A program made the position numbers and the translations under genes. A model generated the notes under the pieces. That model saw only the letters and a list, made by a program, of their open reading frames with translations. It ran no database searches and was not told where the DNA came from. Positions 1 to 11,540 of a DNA stretch of 64,000 nt are shown one piece after another. The DNA is from Taeniopygia guttata (taxonomy: Eukaryota), in the NCBI RefSeq assembly GCF_048771995.1, contig NC_133041.1, forward strand, positions 4,727,324 through 4,791,323, given 5' to 3'. The first letter of the stretch is position 1; each line of letters starts with the position of its first letter.

Positions 1-949
1 CTCTTTTCCTCCCAATTTCCCCCTTTTTTCGTCCCAATTCCCTTCTTTTCCCTCAAATTCCCCCCTTTTGCCTCCTAATTCCTCCCTTTTCCCTCACAAT
101 TCTCCTTTTCCTCACAATTCCCTCTTTTTTCTCACAATTCCCCTTTTTCCTCACAATTTCCTCCTTTTTCTTTACAATTCCCCCCTTTTTCTTCCCAAAT
201 CCCTTTTTCTTCACAATTCCCTCTTTTTCCTCACAATTCCCTTTTTCCCCCCAAATTCCACCGTTTTTCCCTCACAATTCCCTCTTTTTTCCTCACAATT
301 CCCTCATTTTTCTTCCCAATTCCCTCCTTTTTCCTCACAATTTCCTCCTTTTTCTTTACAATTCCCCCCTTTTTCTTCCCAAATCCTTTTTTCTTTACAA
401 TTCCCTCTTTTTCCTCACAATTCCCTTTTTTCCCTCCAAATACCTCCCTTTTTCCCTCACAATTCCCTCTTTTTTCCTCACAATTCCCTCCTTTTTCTTT
501 ACAATTCCCCCCTTTTTCTTCCCAAACCCCTTTTTCTTCACATTCCCTCATTTTTCCTCAAATTCCCCCCTTTCTCCTCACAATTCCCTTTTTTCCCCCC
601 AAATTCCGCCCTTTCCCCCAATTCCCCCCTTTTTCCTCACAATTCCATTTTTCCCCTCAAACTCCCCCATTTTTCCTCTCAATCCCCTCATTTTTTCCTC
701 AAATCCCCTTTTTTTTTTTCAAATTCCCCCTTCTCCCTCACAATTCCCTCCTAATTCTCCCTAAACCCCCCATTTCTCACCCCACCTTCCTTATCCCCCC
801 CAAACCCCACTTTTTTCCCCTCCCCACTCCCCAAACTCAAATTTTTCCCCCCAATTTTTACCCTTTTCCCCCGAATTTTTTACTTTTCCCCCCTAAATTT
901 TTACTTTTCCCCCCAATTTTTACCTTTTTTCCCTCTTTTCCTCCCTCAG
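1..949. repeat. C/T-rich tandem repeat of about 20 bp (unit cctcacaattccctctttttt) filling an SGF29 intron
   Basis: Direct periodicity. Its G-rich complement, organised as a higher-order repeat of about 185 bp, fills the next intron (1306-2361). Confidence 0.9.
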
Positions 950-1014
950 CGTCCTCCGCCGAGCTCTGGATAAAATCGCCGAGATCAAATCGCTGCTGGA
1001 GGAGCGGCGCATCG
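950..1014 (+). CDS. SGF29: SGF29 (SAGA complex associated factor 29) internal exon, first exon present in the window; encodes ...VLRRALDKIAEIKSLLEERRI
   Basis: Acceptor cctcag at 949, donor gtacgt at 1015. The translation matches the human SGF29 region ILRKALDKIAEIKSLLEERRIAAK. The 5' exons lie upstream of the window. Confidence 0.85.
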
Positions 1015-1174
1015 GTACGTCCGCTAGAGGGCGCTGCCACGCTGCCCTCACGGCGGCCAAAAAAGGCGGGAAACGCCTCAAACCCTTTCAAACCCCTCAA
1101 AATTCCGCCCAAACCCCTCAAATTTTTTAAAAAATTGTGTTATTTATAAAATTTTTTAAATTTTTAAATTCCAG

Positions 1175-1304
1175 CGGCCAAAATCGCCGGGATTTACAGC
1201 GAGGCGGAGCCGCCCAGGAAGACGATGAGGAGGGGGGTGCTGATGACGCTGCTGCAGCAGTCGGCCATGACGCTGCCGCTGTGGATCGGGAAACCCGGGG
1301 AAAA
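1175..1304 (+). CDS. SGF29: SGF29 exon; encodes AAKIAGIYSEAEPPRKTMRRGVLMTLLQQSAMTLPLWIGKPGEK
   Basis: Acceptor ttccag, donor gtgagg at 1305. Reading phase continues from the previous exon. Near-identical to human SGF29. Confidence 0.9.
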
Positions 1305-1305
1305 G

Positions 1306-2361
1306 TGAGGGGAAATGGGGAAAAAAAAAGGGAATTTTGGGAAATAATGAGGATTTTGGGAGGGTAAAGAGGGATTTGGGGGGAAAAAGTGAAAATTTGG
1401 GGGGGGGAAATGGAAATTTGGAAGAATAAGAGGGGATTTGGGGGTGCTGTGGATTAAGAAATGGGGGGAAAGTGATGAAAATGGGGGCAAATGGGGGGAA
1501 AAAGGGAATTTTTGGGGAATAATGAGGATTTTGGGAGGGTAAAGAGAGATTTGGGGGGGGAAAGTGGGAAATTGAAGGAAAAAAAGGGAGATTTGGGGGA
1601 CTAAAAGAGGATTTGGGAGTGCTGAGGATGCTGCTGCTGTGGGTTGGGAAACCTGAGGAAAAGTGAGGGGAAAAGGGGAAAAAAATGGGAATTTTTGGGA
1701 AAAATGAGGATATTGGGAGGGTAAAGAAGGATTTGGGGGTGGGGGGGAAGTGGGAAAAAAAGGAAATTTGGGTGAATAAAAGGGGATCTGGGGGTGCTGA
1801 GGATGCTGCTGCTGTGGGTTGGGAAACCTGAGGAAAAGTGAGGGGAAATGGGAAAAAAAAATTGGGAATTTTGGGGAAAAATGAGGATTTGGGAAGGGTA
1901 AAGAGGGATTTGGGGGGGAAAAGTGAAAATTTGGGGGAGGGAAATGGAAATTTGGGGGAATAAAAGGGGATTTGCGGGTGCTGTGGATTAAGAAATGGGG
2001 GGGGAAATGGGAAAAAATGGGAATTTTGGGGAAATTGGGGGGAATAAAAGAGGATTTGGGGGTGCTGTGGATTAAGAAATGGGGGGGGAAATGGGGGGGA
2101 AAAGGGAATTTTTGGGAATAAGGAGGATTTTGGGAGGGTAAAGAGGGATTTGGTGGGGGAAAGTGGGAATTTGGGGGGAAAAAAATTTCCCCCCCAAAAA
2201 ATCCCATTTTCTCCCCAAAAAATCCCATTCTTTCTCCAATTTCACCCCATTTTTTGCCCTAAAAAAATCACGTTTTCCCCCCCAATTTTCCCCCAATTTT
2301 CCCCCATAAAAACCCCAATTTCCCCCCAATTTTTTTCCCAAAAATCCCATTTTTTCCCCAG
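1306..2361. repeat. G-rich higher-order repeat of about 185 bp (gaaaagtgaggggaaatgggg...gggagggtaaagagggatttgggg) in an SGF29 intron
   Basis: The unit recurs at about 1310, 1490, 1680 and 1860. Confidence 0.85.
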
Positions 2362-2508
2362 GCCCCCGCCGCTGTGCGGGGCGGTGCCGGCGGCGGGCGA
2401 CTACGTGGCCAAGCCGGGGGACAAAGTGGCGGCGCGGGTGAAGGCGCTGGAGGGGGACGAGCAGTGGATCCTGGCCGAGGTGGTCAGCTACAGCCACGCC
2501 GCCAACAA
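2362..2508 (+). CDS. SGF29: SGF29 exon; encodes PPPLCGAVPAAGDYVAKPGDKVAARVKALEGDEQWILAEVVSYSHAAN
   Basis: Acceptor ccccag, donor GTgagc at 2509. Matches the SGF29 tandem Tudor region. Confidence 0.9.
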
Positions 2509-2510
2509 GT

Positions 2511-4600
2511 GAGCCACTGACCCAAAATACCGCGGTTTCGGCCCAAAATTACCTGCTCTGCACACAAAATTCCACTTCTGGGACCAAAATTCCCTTTTAT
2601 AGACCCAAAATTCGATTTTTGGGACCAAAATTCCCTTCTCTGGACCCCAAATCCCGGTTTTTGCACCCAAAATTCCCTTCTCTGGACACAAAATTCCGTT
2701 TTTTGGGACCAAAATTCCCTGCTCTGCACACAAAATTCTGTTTTTTGGGACCAAAATTACCTTCTCTGGACACAAAATTCAATTTTTGGGACCAAAATTC
2801 CCTTGTATAGACCCAAAATTCGATTTTTTGGCTCCAAAAATCTGCCTTTTTGGGATTAAAATTCCCTTTTATAGACCCAAAATTCGATTTTTTTGCCCTC
2901 AAAATTTAATTTTTTTTGGGAACAAAATTTACTTTTATAGACCCAAAATTCGATTTTTTACACCCAAAATTTCATTTTTTAGACCCAAAATTCCCTTTTA
3001 CAGGCACAAAATCGGACTTTCTGGGCCCAAAATTCCCTTTTATAGACCCAAAATTCGATTTTTTACACCCAAAATTTCATTTTTTTAGACCCAAAATTCC
3101 CTTTTACAGGCACAAAATCGGACTTTCTGGGCCCAAAATTCCCTTTTATAGGCACAAAATTGGGATTTTTTACACCCAAACTTCCTTTCTCTGGACACAA
3201 AATTCCGATTTTTGGGACCAAAATTCCCTACTCTAGACACAAAATTCCACTTTTTGGGACCAAAATTCAATTTTTTGGGCCCAAAATTCCCTTTTCTGAA
3301 CACAAAATTCCATTTTTGGCTCCAAAATCTGACTTTTTGGGATTAAAATTCCCTTTTATAGACCCGAAATTCGATTTTTTAGCTCCAAAATCTGATTTTT
3401 TGGGATTAAAATTCCCTTTTATAGACACAAAATTCGACTTTTTGGCTCCAAAATCTGAATTTTTGGGATTAAAATTCCTCTTTTTGTGTCCAAAATTCCC
3501 TTTTATAGGCACAAAATTTGGATTTTTTGGACCAAAATTTGCTTTTATAGACCCAAAGTTTCATTTTTTGGGCCCAAAATTCCTTTTTATAGGCACAAAA
3601 TTGGATTTTTTGGGCTCAAAATTGGATTTTTTTCCCCAGGTACGAGGTGGACGACATCGACGAGGAAGGCAAAGAGTGAGCAATGAAAAACCCCAAAAAT
3701 TTCATTTAAAATGCCCCAAAACCCCCTCAAACCACCCCAAAAAACCCCAAAATTTGCCCATAAAAATCCCATTTTCCCCCAATTTTCCCCCATAAAAATC
3801 CCAATTTTCCTTCATTTCCCCCCAGATTTTCCAACATAAAAATCACATTTTTTCCTTCCAAAAAAAATCCCAATTTCCCCGCATTTTACCCCCAAAAATC
3901 CTAATTTTCCCCCAACTACCCGCCCAAAAATGCCAAATTTCCCCCATAAAAATCCCAATTTTTCCCCAGTTACCCCCAAAATATTCCTCAAATTTTCCCC
4001 ATAAAACCCCCAAATTTTCCCCATAAAACCCCCAAATTTTCCCAAATTACTCCCAAAATATTCCTCAAATTTTCCCCATAAAACCCCCAAATTTTCCCAA
4101 AAAAATCCCAAATTTTCACAAAAAAAATCAAATTTCCCATTTCCCACCAAATTTTCCCCCCAAAAAATCAAATTTCCCCCCATTTCCCACCAAATTTTCC
4201 CCCCAAAAAATCAAATTTTCCCATTTCCCCCCAAATGTTGCCCAAATTTTCCCAATAAAACCCTCCAAATTTTCCCCCCAACAAATCAAATTTTTCCCCT
4301 ATTCCCCCCGCAAATTTTCCCCAATTTTTCCCCATAAAACCCCCCAAATTTTCCCCCCAAAAATCAAATTTTCCCCCCAAATTTTCCATATTTTTTCCCC
4401 AAAAAAATCAAATTTTTCCCTCATTTCCCTGCAATTCCCCCCCACTTTTCCCCCATAAAAATCACAATTTCCCCCCCATTTTTCCCCATAAAACCCCCAT
4501 TTTCCCGCTGTTTCTCACCAAATTTTCTGCGTATTTTCCCTATAACCCCCAATTTCTCCCCGATTTTCCCAAACCCGCCGTTTTTCGCCCCAAACCGCAG
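2511..4600. repeat. Two short-unit satellites filling SGF29 introns: a roughly 22-bp unit acccaaaattcccttttatag (2511-3639) and ccccataaaacccccaaattttcc (3676-4600)
   Basis: Direct periodicity. Confidence 0.85.
3640..3675 (+). CDS. SGF29: SGF29 36-nt exon; encodes (K)YEVDDIDEEGKE
   Basis: Acceptor ccccag at 3638-3639, donor gtgagc at 3676. The phase links the two flanking exons exactly. Confidence 0.85.
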
Positions 4601-4763
4601 GCGCCACACGCTGAGCCGCCGCCGCATCATCCCCCTGCCCCAGTGGAAAACCAACCCCGAGACCGACCCCGAGGCGCTGTTCCACAAGGAGCAGCTGGTG
4701 CTGGCGCTCTACCCGCAGACCACCTGCTTCTACCGCGCCCTCATCCACGCCCCGCCCCAGCGC
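4601..4763 (+). CDS. SGF29: SGF29 exon; encodes RHTLSRRRIIPLPQWKTNPETDPEALFHKEQLVLALYPQTTCFYRALIHAPPQR
   Basis: Acceptor ccgcag, donor gtgagt at 4764. Near-identical to the human SGF29 C-terminal Tudor domain. Confidence 0.92.
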
Positions 4764-4879
4764 GTGAGTCCCCGGCCCCCGAAATCCCCGTTTTGGGGAG
4801 AAAACCCCGAAAAAATCGGAGATTTGGGGCAAAAATAGCGCGAAAAATGAGAAATCTGCGTGCGGAAATGGGGGCGGCC

Positions 4880-5625
4880 ACTAGGGGGCGTTGTGTTGCT
4901 AGGGGGCGTGGCTTGTTGCTAGGGAAGCTAATACCATATAAGGAGTTGCTAAGGGGCGTGGCTTGTTGCTAAGGAGAGTCATTGCCATATAAGGTGGTTG
5001 CTAAGGGGCGTGGCTTGTTGCTAAGGAGAGTCATTGCCATATAAGGCGGTTGCTAAGGGGCGTGGCTTGTTGCTATGGTGAGTAATTGCCATTTAAGGCA
5101 GTTGCTAAGGGGCGTGGCTTGTTGCTAAGGAGAGCCATTGCCATATAAGGGGGTTGCTAAGGGGTGTGGCTTGTTGCTAAGGAGAGTCGTTGCTATATAA
5201 GGGGTTGCTAAGGGGCGTGGCTTGTTGCTAGGGAAGTTATTAGCATATAAGGGGGTTGCTAAGGGGCGTGGCCTGTTGCTAGGGAAGTTATTAGCATATA
5301 AGGGGTTGCTAAGGGGCGTGGTTTGTTGCTAAGGAGAGTCATTGCAATATTAGGTTGTTGCTAAGGGGCGTGGCTTGTTGCTAAGGAGAGCCATTGCCAT
5401 AAAAGGGGGTTGCTAAGGGGCGTGGCTTGTTGCTATGGAGAGTCATTGCCATATAAGGGGGTTGCTAAGGGGCGTGGCTTGTTGCTAGGGAAGCTAATGC
5501 CATATAAGGGGGTTGCTAAGGGGCGTGGCTTGTTGCTAAGGGGGTTGCTAAGGGGCGTGGCTTGTTGCTAGGGAAGCTAATAGCATATAAGAGGGTTGCT
5601 AAGGGGCATGGCTCATTTCTAATCC
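4880..5625. repeat. 60-bp tandem repeat of about 12 copies (gttgctaaggggcgtggcttgttgctaaggagagtcattgccatataagg) in the last SGF29 intron. Each unit carries a GC box GGGGCGTGGC
   Basis: Perfectly periodic. Confidence 0.9.
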
Positions 5626-5667
5626 ATATTTTTCCCCAAATTTTCAATTTTTTTCCCCAAATTTCAG

Positions 5668-5784
5668 CCCCAGGACGATTATTCGGTGCTGTTCGAGGAC
5701 ACCTCCTACGCCGACGGTTACTCCCCGCCCCTCAACGTCGCCCAGCGCTACGTGGTGGCCTGCAAAGAAACCAAAAAAAAGTGA
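5668..5784 (+). CDS. SGF29: SGF29 terminal coding exon; encodes PQDDYSVLFEDTSYADGYSPPLNVAQRYVVACKETKKK*
   Basis: Acceptor atttcag. TGA stop at 5782-5784. An AATAAA lies about 105 nt downstream at about 5889. Matches the human SGF29 C-terminus. Confidence 0.92.
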   Translation, partial: PQDDYSVLFEDTSYADGYSPPLNVAQRYVVACKETKKK

Positions 5785-6550
5785 AATTTTGGGCAAAACC
5801 ACCCAAAATTTGGGAAAAAACACCCAAAATTTAAGAAGACCAACCTGGAATTAGGTAGGGAGGGAAAAAACGGGATTTGGAAAGGGGAAAATAAAGGAAA
5901 ATTTGATTTATTGGGGGGAAAAAATAAAAGGGATTTTAGCATGGAAAAAATGTGGGGAAAATTGATTTTTTGGAGGGAAACCTGGGATTTTTATTGGGAG
6001 AAATTGGGAATTTTATAAAGAGAAAATTGGGAATTTTTGGGGGTAAAACTGGCAAATTCATGCGGGAAAAAAAAGATGTTTTTATGGGGAAAAAAATGAA
6101 GTTTTTATAAGGGAGAATTGAGGATTTCTTTGGGGAATGATTGGGATTTATTTGAGGTGGGAAAATTTGGGATTTTTATGGGAAATAATTAAGAAATTTT
6201 AGGGGTAAACGTGGGATTTTTGTGGTGAAAATTGACAAAAAAAGTCTGAAAATCTGTGAAAAAATATCCCAAAATTTTTTTGGGAGGGGTTGGAGGATGG
6301 GAAGATCCCAAAAAATTATTTTTCGGGGGAAAAAAGTTGCAAAAAATGTAAAATAAGTTGAAAAAAATGGGGGGAAAAATGGGATTTTTGGCTCTCAAAA
6401 TGGCGGCCAAAAGTGGGAGGGGCAAAAAGGGAAATGACGTCATGGGGCGTGGCCAAAAGTCACACCCCTTTAGTTATAATTAAACAATTTATTAATTAAA
6501 AGTTATTTTATTGTAAATAAATAATTTAAAATGCAATTGCGGGTGTGGTT

Positions 6551-6668
6551 TCACGTGGGGGCGGAGCTTGGGATGATGACATCATCAGGCTCCGCCCACT
6601 CCTCTTCAGGCTCCGCCTCTCCCAAGCAGCGACGAATCAGATCGCCCCAGAGGAGGTGGGTGTGGCAC
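6551..6668 (-). CDS. SLX1: SLX1 structure-specific endonuclease subunit, terminal coding exon; encodes (G)CHTHLLWGDLIRRCLGEAEPEEEWAEPDDVIIPSSAPT*
   Basis: Minus-strand acceptor ccccag (plus 6669-6671). The TGA stop is the reverse complement of tca at 6551-6553. Matches the human SLX1 C-terminus CCEKSLLWGDLIWLC. Minus-strand AATAAA signals sit at plus 6507-6512 and 6488-6493. Confidence 0.85.
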
Positions 6669-6744
6669 CTGGGGGCGGGGTCAGAGTCAGGACACACCAT
6701 CTTTGGACAAGCCCCGCCCCCTGGCAGCCATATTGAATATTTCC

Positions 6745-7260
6745 TTTATTAAATAAATGCAAATTAAAACAAGCCCTGCCCCCTGGCAGCCATATTGAAT
6801 ATTTTTTTATAAGGGGAATGCAAATTAAAACAAGCCCCGCCCCCTGGCAGCCATATTGAATATTTTTTTATAAGGGGAATGCAAATTAAAACAAGCCCCG
6901 CCCCCTGGCAGCCATATTGGAACATTTCCTTAGAAGGGAAATGCAAATTAAAATAAGTCCCACCCCCTGGCAGCCATCTTGAAATTTTTCCTGATAAAAC
7001 AAATAGGAATTAAAACAAGCCCTGCCCCCGGCAGCCATATTGAAATATTTCTTTATAAGAGAAATGCAAATTAAAACAAGCCCCACCCCCTGGCAGCCAT
7101 ATTGAAACCTTTCCTGATAAAACAAATAGGAATTAAAACAAGCCCCACCCCCTGGCAGCCATCTTGGAACGTTCCCTCATAAGGTAAAGCTCCTTAAAAA
7201 ACAAGCCCCGCCCCCTGGCAGCCATCTTGGATCCTTTCCTTAAAAGGAAAACCGCTCTAA
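6745..7260. repeat. 60-bp tandem repeat of about 8 copies carrying an octamer (ATGCAAAT), an Sp1 GC box (CCCCGCCCCC) and a YY1-like core (GGCAGCCATATTG/ATCTTGG), inside an SLX1 intron
   Basis: Unit aaacaagccccgccccctggcagccatattgaatatttctttataaggggaatgcaaattaaa. Confidence 0.9.
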
Positions 7261-7305
7261 ACAACAAGCTCCGCCCCCCAGCATTAAGCCCCGCCCCTTT
7301 TTTAC

Positions 7306-7436
7306 CCGGGACAGTTTCCCCCCACGGGCAGCAGCTGCAGCGGCTCCGGGGCCAGGAAGAGCCGGGCCAGGCACGGGGCGTGGGCGGCCATCTTGCACTG
7401 GGGGCGGGGACAGCGCAGAAGGGGCGTGGCCTGTTC
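7306..7436 (-). CDS. SLX1: SLX1 exon, second half of the RING/PHD-type zinc finger; encodes EQATPLLRCPRPQCKMAAHAPCLARLFLAPEPLQLLPVGGNCP(G)
   Basis: Minus acceptor gttttgatgttttcag, donor gtaaaa. Aligns to human SLX1 [40 protein letters not shown]. Confidence 0.85.
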
Positions 7437-7639
7437 CTGAAAACATCAAAACGCTGAAATTCCTGCTTGAACCGCATAAATTTGCATAAATTATGCATTT
7501 CAATGTGATTTAACTAGTTTTTAACCTCACAGCGATTTATTAACAGCACATCAGGCCCCTGCCCACACCCCAAATTTCCATATATTTGCGTTTTCATGCT
7601 CCAAAATTCATCAAATTTGTATTTTGTTCTCTTTAGTGA

Positions 7640-9900
7640 AGGCCACGCCCCTTTTAGACCACGCCCAACATTAAAAATTCCCCACCATCCTAATTAAACC
7701 TATTTTAACCCCTCCTCTTTTAATTAAAGCCCCTCCCATATTTAAGTGATTATATAAACCACACCCACTTAAGCCACACCCACCTCATTAAACTCATTTA
7801 AATATAAGCCACTCCCACTTTAACCCCCAATTGAGCCCCGCCCACCTCATTAAACCCATTTCAACCCCTCCCCTTTTAATTTAAGCCCCTCCCATATTTA
7901 AATGACCATATAAACCACACTTACCTAAGACACACCCACCTAATTAAACTCACTTATATTCAAGCCCCTCCCACTTTAACCCTCAATTTAGCCACGCCCA
8001 CCTCATTAAACCCAGTTCAACCCCTCCCCTTTAAATTTAAGCCCCTCCCATATTTAAATGACCACATAAGCCACACCCACCTCATTAAACTCATTTAAAT
8101 CTAAGCCCCTCCCACTTTCAAACCCCAATTTATTAAGCCCCGCCCACCTCATTAAACCCATTTAAACCCCTCCCCTTTTAATTCAAACTCCTCCCATATT
8201 CAAATGAGCACTTAAGCCCCGCCCCTTACCTCCCCACACAAGCCACACCCACCTCATTAAACTCATTTAAATGTAAGCCCCTCCCACTTTCAAACCCCAA
8301 TTTATTAAGCCCCACCCACCTCATTAAACCCAGTTCAACCCCTCCCCTTTCAATTCAAGCCCCTCCCACATGCAAATGAGCACTTAAGCCCCGCCCCTTA
8401 CCTCATTACACAAGCCACACCCCCCGCCCGTTTCCGCCATTTGGCTCCGCCCCTTTTTCCTTTTCAGGCGCGGTGGCCCCGCCCCCTCCTCCTGCACCAC
8501 GTGATTGGGCGGGGCCAGCTCGAGGGCGGGGCCCGGGGGGCGGAGCCAGCGAATCCGCAGCGGGAGGCGGGACCAGGGCGGGGCCCAAAGGAGGCGGGGC
8601 AGCACGCGGAGGGCGAAGCTGATTGGCTGCTCCCGCGGGCGGCGGGGGGGCGGGGCCAGGAGGCGGCGGGAGGAGTTGGGGTGTTGCCACGCCCACTCGA
8701 ACTGGAAAAGGGGCGGGGCTTAAGTGCTCATTTACATATGAGAGGGGTTTAACATAAAAGGGGTGGGGCTTAAGTGCTCATTTAAATATGGGAGGGGCTT
8801 ATGATAAAGGGGGCGGGGCTTAAGTGCTCATTTAAATATGGGGGGGCTTTTTATAAAAGGGGCAGGGCTTAAGTGATCATTTAAATATGGGAGGGGCTTA
8901 CGATAAAAGGGGCGGGGCTTAAGTGCTCATTTAAATATGGGAGGGGTTTATGATAAAAGGGGCAGGGCTTAAGTGCTCATTTAAATATGGGAGGGATGAT
9001 AAAAGGGGCGGGGCTTAAGTGGTCATTTGAATATGGGAAAGGCTTAAATTTAAAGGGGAGGGATTTAAATGGGTTTAATGAGGTGGGCGTGGCTAAATTG
9101 GGGATTGAAGTGGGAGGGGCTTAGATTTAAATGAGTTTAATGAGGTGGGTGTGGCTAAAGTGGGTGTGGCTTAAATCATCATTTAAATATGGGAGGGGCT
9201 CAAATTAAAAGGGGAGGGGTTAAACTGGGTTTAATGAGGTGGGCGGGGCTTAATTTGGGATTAAAAGTGGGAGGGGTTTACATTTAAATAAGTTTAATGA
9301 GGTGGGTGTGGCTAAAGTGGGTGTGGCTTATTTGGTCATTTAAATATGGGAGGGGCTTAAATTAAAAGGGGAGGGGTTGAAATGGGTTTAATGAGGTGGG
9401 TGGGGCTTAACTTGGAATTAAAAGTGGGAGTGGCTTACATTTAAATGAGTTTAATGAGGTGGGTGTGGCTTAAGTGGGTGTGGCTGATATGGTCATTTAA
9501 ATATGGGAGGGGCTTAAATTAAAAGGGGAGGGATTTAAATGCGTTTAATGAGGTGGGCGGGGCTTAATTGGGCTTAAAAGTGTGTGGGGCTTATATTTAA
9601 ATGAGTTTAATGAGGTGGGTGGGGCTTATGTGGGCGGGGTTAAAGTGGGAGGGGCTTACATTCAAATCAGTTTAACAATGTGGATGTGGCTTATATGGTA
9701 ATTTAAATATGGGAGGGGCTTAAATTAAAATAGGGGTTAAATGTGGTTTAATGAGGTGGGCGGGGCTTAAGAAATTAAGGGTAAAACTAGGAGGGGCTTA
9801 CATGTAAATTAGTTTAATGAGGTGGGTGTGGTTTAAGTGGGTGGGGTTGAAACTGGGAGGGGCTTAAAATACAATGGGAGGGGTTGATTGTTATTTAATG
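7640..9900. repeat. Satellite of about 130 bp (...aagcccctcccatatttaaatgagcacttaagccccgcccacctcattaaac...) present as two inverted arms: C-rich orientation at 7640-8440 and G-rich reverse complement at 8700-9900. The arms flank SLX1 exon 3 (8402-8701)
   Basis: The reverse complement of 8700-8740 matches 8190-8230, and the exon lies exactly between the arms. Confidence 0.85.
8402..8701 (-). CDS. SLX1: SLX1 300-nt exon; encodes FEWAWQHPNSSRRL...LRVLPRLLWAPPWSRLPLRIRWLRP...ETGGGCGLCNE
   Basis: Minus acceptor cttttccag, donor gtaagg. The motifs FEWAWQHP, APPW-RLPL-RW-RP and the C-x2-C pair match human SLX1. The middle part is poorly conserved, so the boundaries rest on the splice sites. Confidence 0.75.
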
Positions 9901-9934
9901 AGGTGGGCGGGGCTTAAAAGGGGGCGGGGCTCAC

Positions 9935-9986
9935 CCTGAGGGCGGCGACGTCGGAGGGGAAGCCGTGGACGAAAAGTTCCATTTCC
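9935..9986 (-). CDS. SLX1: SLX1 52-nt exon; encodes (W)EMELFVHGFPSDVAALR
   Basis: Minus acceptor ...cccccgaaaag, donor gtgagc. Matches human WEMVLVVHGFPSSVAALR. The phase links exon 1 to the 8402-8701 exon. Confidence 0.8.
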
Positions 9987-10585
9987 CTTTTCGGGGGACA
10001 AAATTGGTAAAATAAATTGATTTTTAAAATAATTAATAATTATTTAATAAAATTAATCAGAATTCCACATCGAAACCCTTTAAAACCCCCCAAATCTTCC
10101 CCAAAAATTCCCCACATTTGACTTTAATTTTCTTGAATTCCCCCAAAATCTCCCAAATATTTTTCAAATATCCCCAAATTTTTCCTGAACCCATCGGAAT
10201 GCCCCCAAAATATATTTTAAATCCTTTTAAATTCCCCCAAATTCCCCAATTAACCCCTTCAATCCCCCAAAATCCCCTTTTAACCCCCCCAAAATCCCCA
10301 TTTAATCCCTTTAAAGACCCCGAATCCCCCAAAATCCGCTTCTAAACCCCCCCAAATCCCCATTTATCCCTTTAAACCCCCCAAATCCCCATTTAACCCC
10401 TTCGAACCCCCCAAAACCCCCCAAAATCCCCTTTAAACCACCCAAAATCCCCTTCGAACCCCCCCAAATCCCTATTAATCCCTTTAAACCCCCCAAATAC
10501 CAATTTAATCCCTTCAAAATCCCCCAAATCCCCATTTAACCCCTTCAAACCCCCCAAATCCCCCCAAATCCCCCCAAACCCTGAC

Positions 10586-10758
10586 CAGGGCCCCCTCCCG
10601 CTGGTCTTTTTGGCCCCTCCGCCCCTCCGTCCCGCGTTGTGCTGCCGCAGCCGCCGCCGCGGGTCCACCGTGAACCCCACGTAGGCCGCGGAACCTCCGC
10701 CACGGGGGCCGCGGGCCCGGGGGGATCCGCGGGAGCGCAGCAGGTACACGGCGCGCAT
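10586..10758 (-). CDS. SLX1: SLX1 first coding exon (GIY-YIG nuclease domain); encodes [57 protein letters not shown](W)
   Basis: Minus ATG at plus 10756-10758, donor gtcagg. GIY-YIG motifs match human SLX1 (VYLL, YVGFT, QHN, SGRGPW). An in-frame upstream ATG at plus 10842 would add 28 aa that read through the promoter motif array, so the start codon is uncertain. Confidence 0.75.
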
Positions 10759-10789
10759 GGCGCCCACAATGCACCGCGGCGGGCGCCAC

Positions 10790-11230
10790 TTCCGCCCGCG
10801 CTCAACATGGCGGCGGTACGGCCTTGTTATCCCACAATCCATTGCGGGATTGTAGCTCCGCCTCTTTAAAATGGCGGCGGTACGGCCTAGCTATCCCACA
10901 ATCCATTGCGGGATTGTAGCTCCGCCTCTTTAAAATGGCGTCGGTTGTGTGCCTCCTTACCCACAATGCACCGCGGCACCACTTCCGCCCCCGCTCAAAA
11001 TGGCGGCGTTACGGCCTCGTTATCCCACAATCCATTGCGGAATTGTAGTTCCGCCTCTTCAAGATGGCGGCGGTTCAGTGTCTCGTTACCCACAATGCAC
11101 TGCGGCAGAATTGTAGTTTTATCTTTTAAAGATGGCGGCGGTTTGTGCCTCGTTACCCACAATGCACTGCGGCAGAATTGTAGTTTTATCTTTTAAAGAT
11201 GGCGGCGGTTTGTGCCTCGTTACCCACAAT
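10790..11230. promoter_or_regulatory. SLX1/BOLA2 bidirectional promoter core: about 7 tandem units of roughly 60 bp, each carrying a YY1 core (AAGATGGCGGCGG) and a ZNF143/SBS motif (for example AACTACAATTCTGCCGCAGTGCATTGTGGGTAA, read on the minus strand)
   Basis: The array lies between the SLX1 start (about 10758, minus) and the BOLA2 start (11571, plus). The ACTACAATTCCC...TGCATTG SBS consensus is recognisable in every unit, and AAGATGGCGGC is the YY1 consensus. Confidence 0.6.
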
Positions 11231-11540
11231 GCACTGCGGGAGGAAAAAAAAAATTATATTTAATGATAAGCATTATGTAGCATTAATTAGCTTGTACTTG
11301 CGGTGAGTGGTTAATAGGCGTTAATTAGTGATGAATTTATTTTAATTGGTGCTTAATAACCGCCTCGCTTACCCACAATGCCGCGTTTCACTTCCGCCTC
11401 TTTACCCACAAACCTTTGCGCCTTTTACTGTCTTCGCCTCGCTTACCCACAATTCCCTGCCTTACTTCCGCCTCATTACCCACAATGCATCGCTCTCCCC
11501 GCCCGTCCCGCCTCGCTTTCCCATCGAGCCCCGCGCAGCG

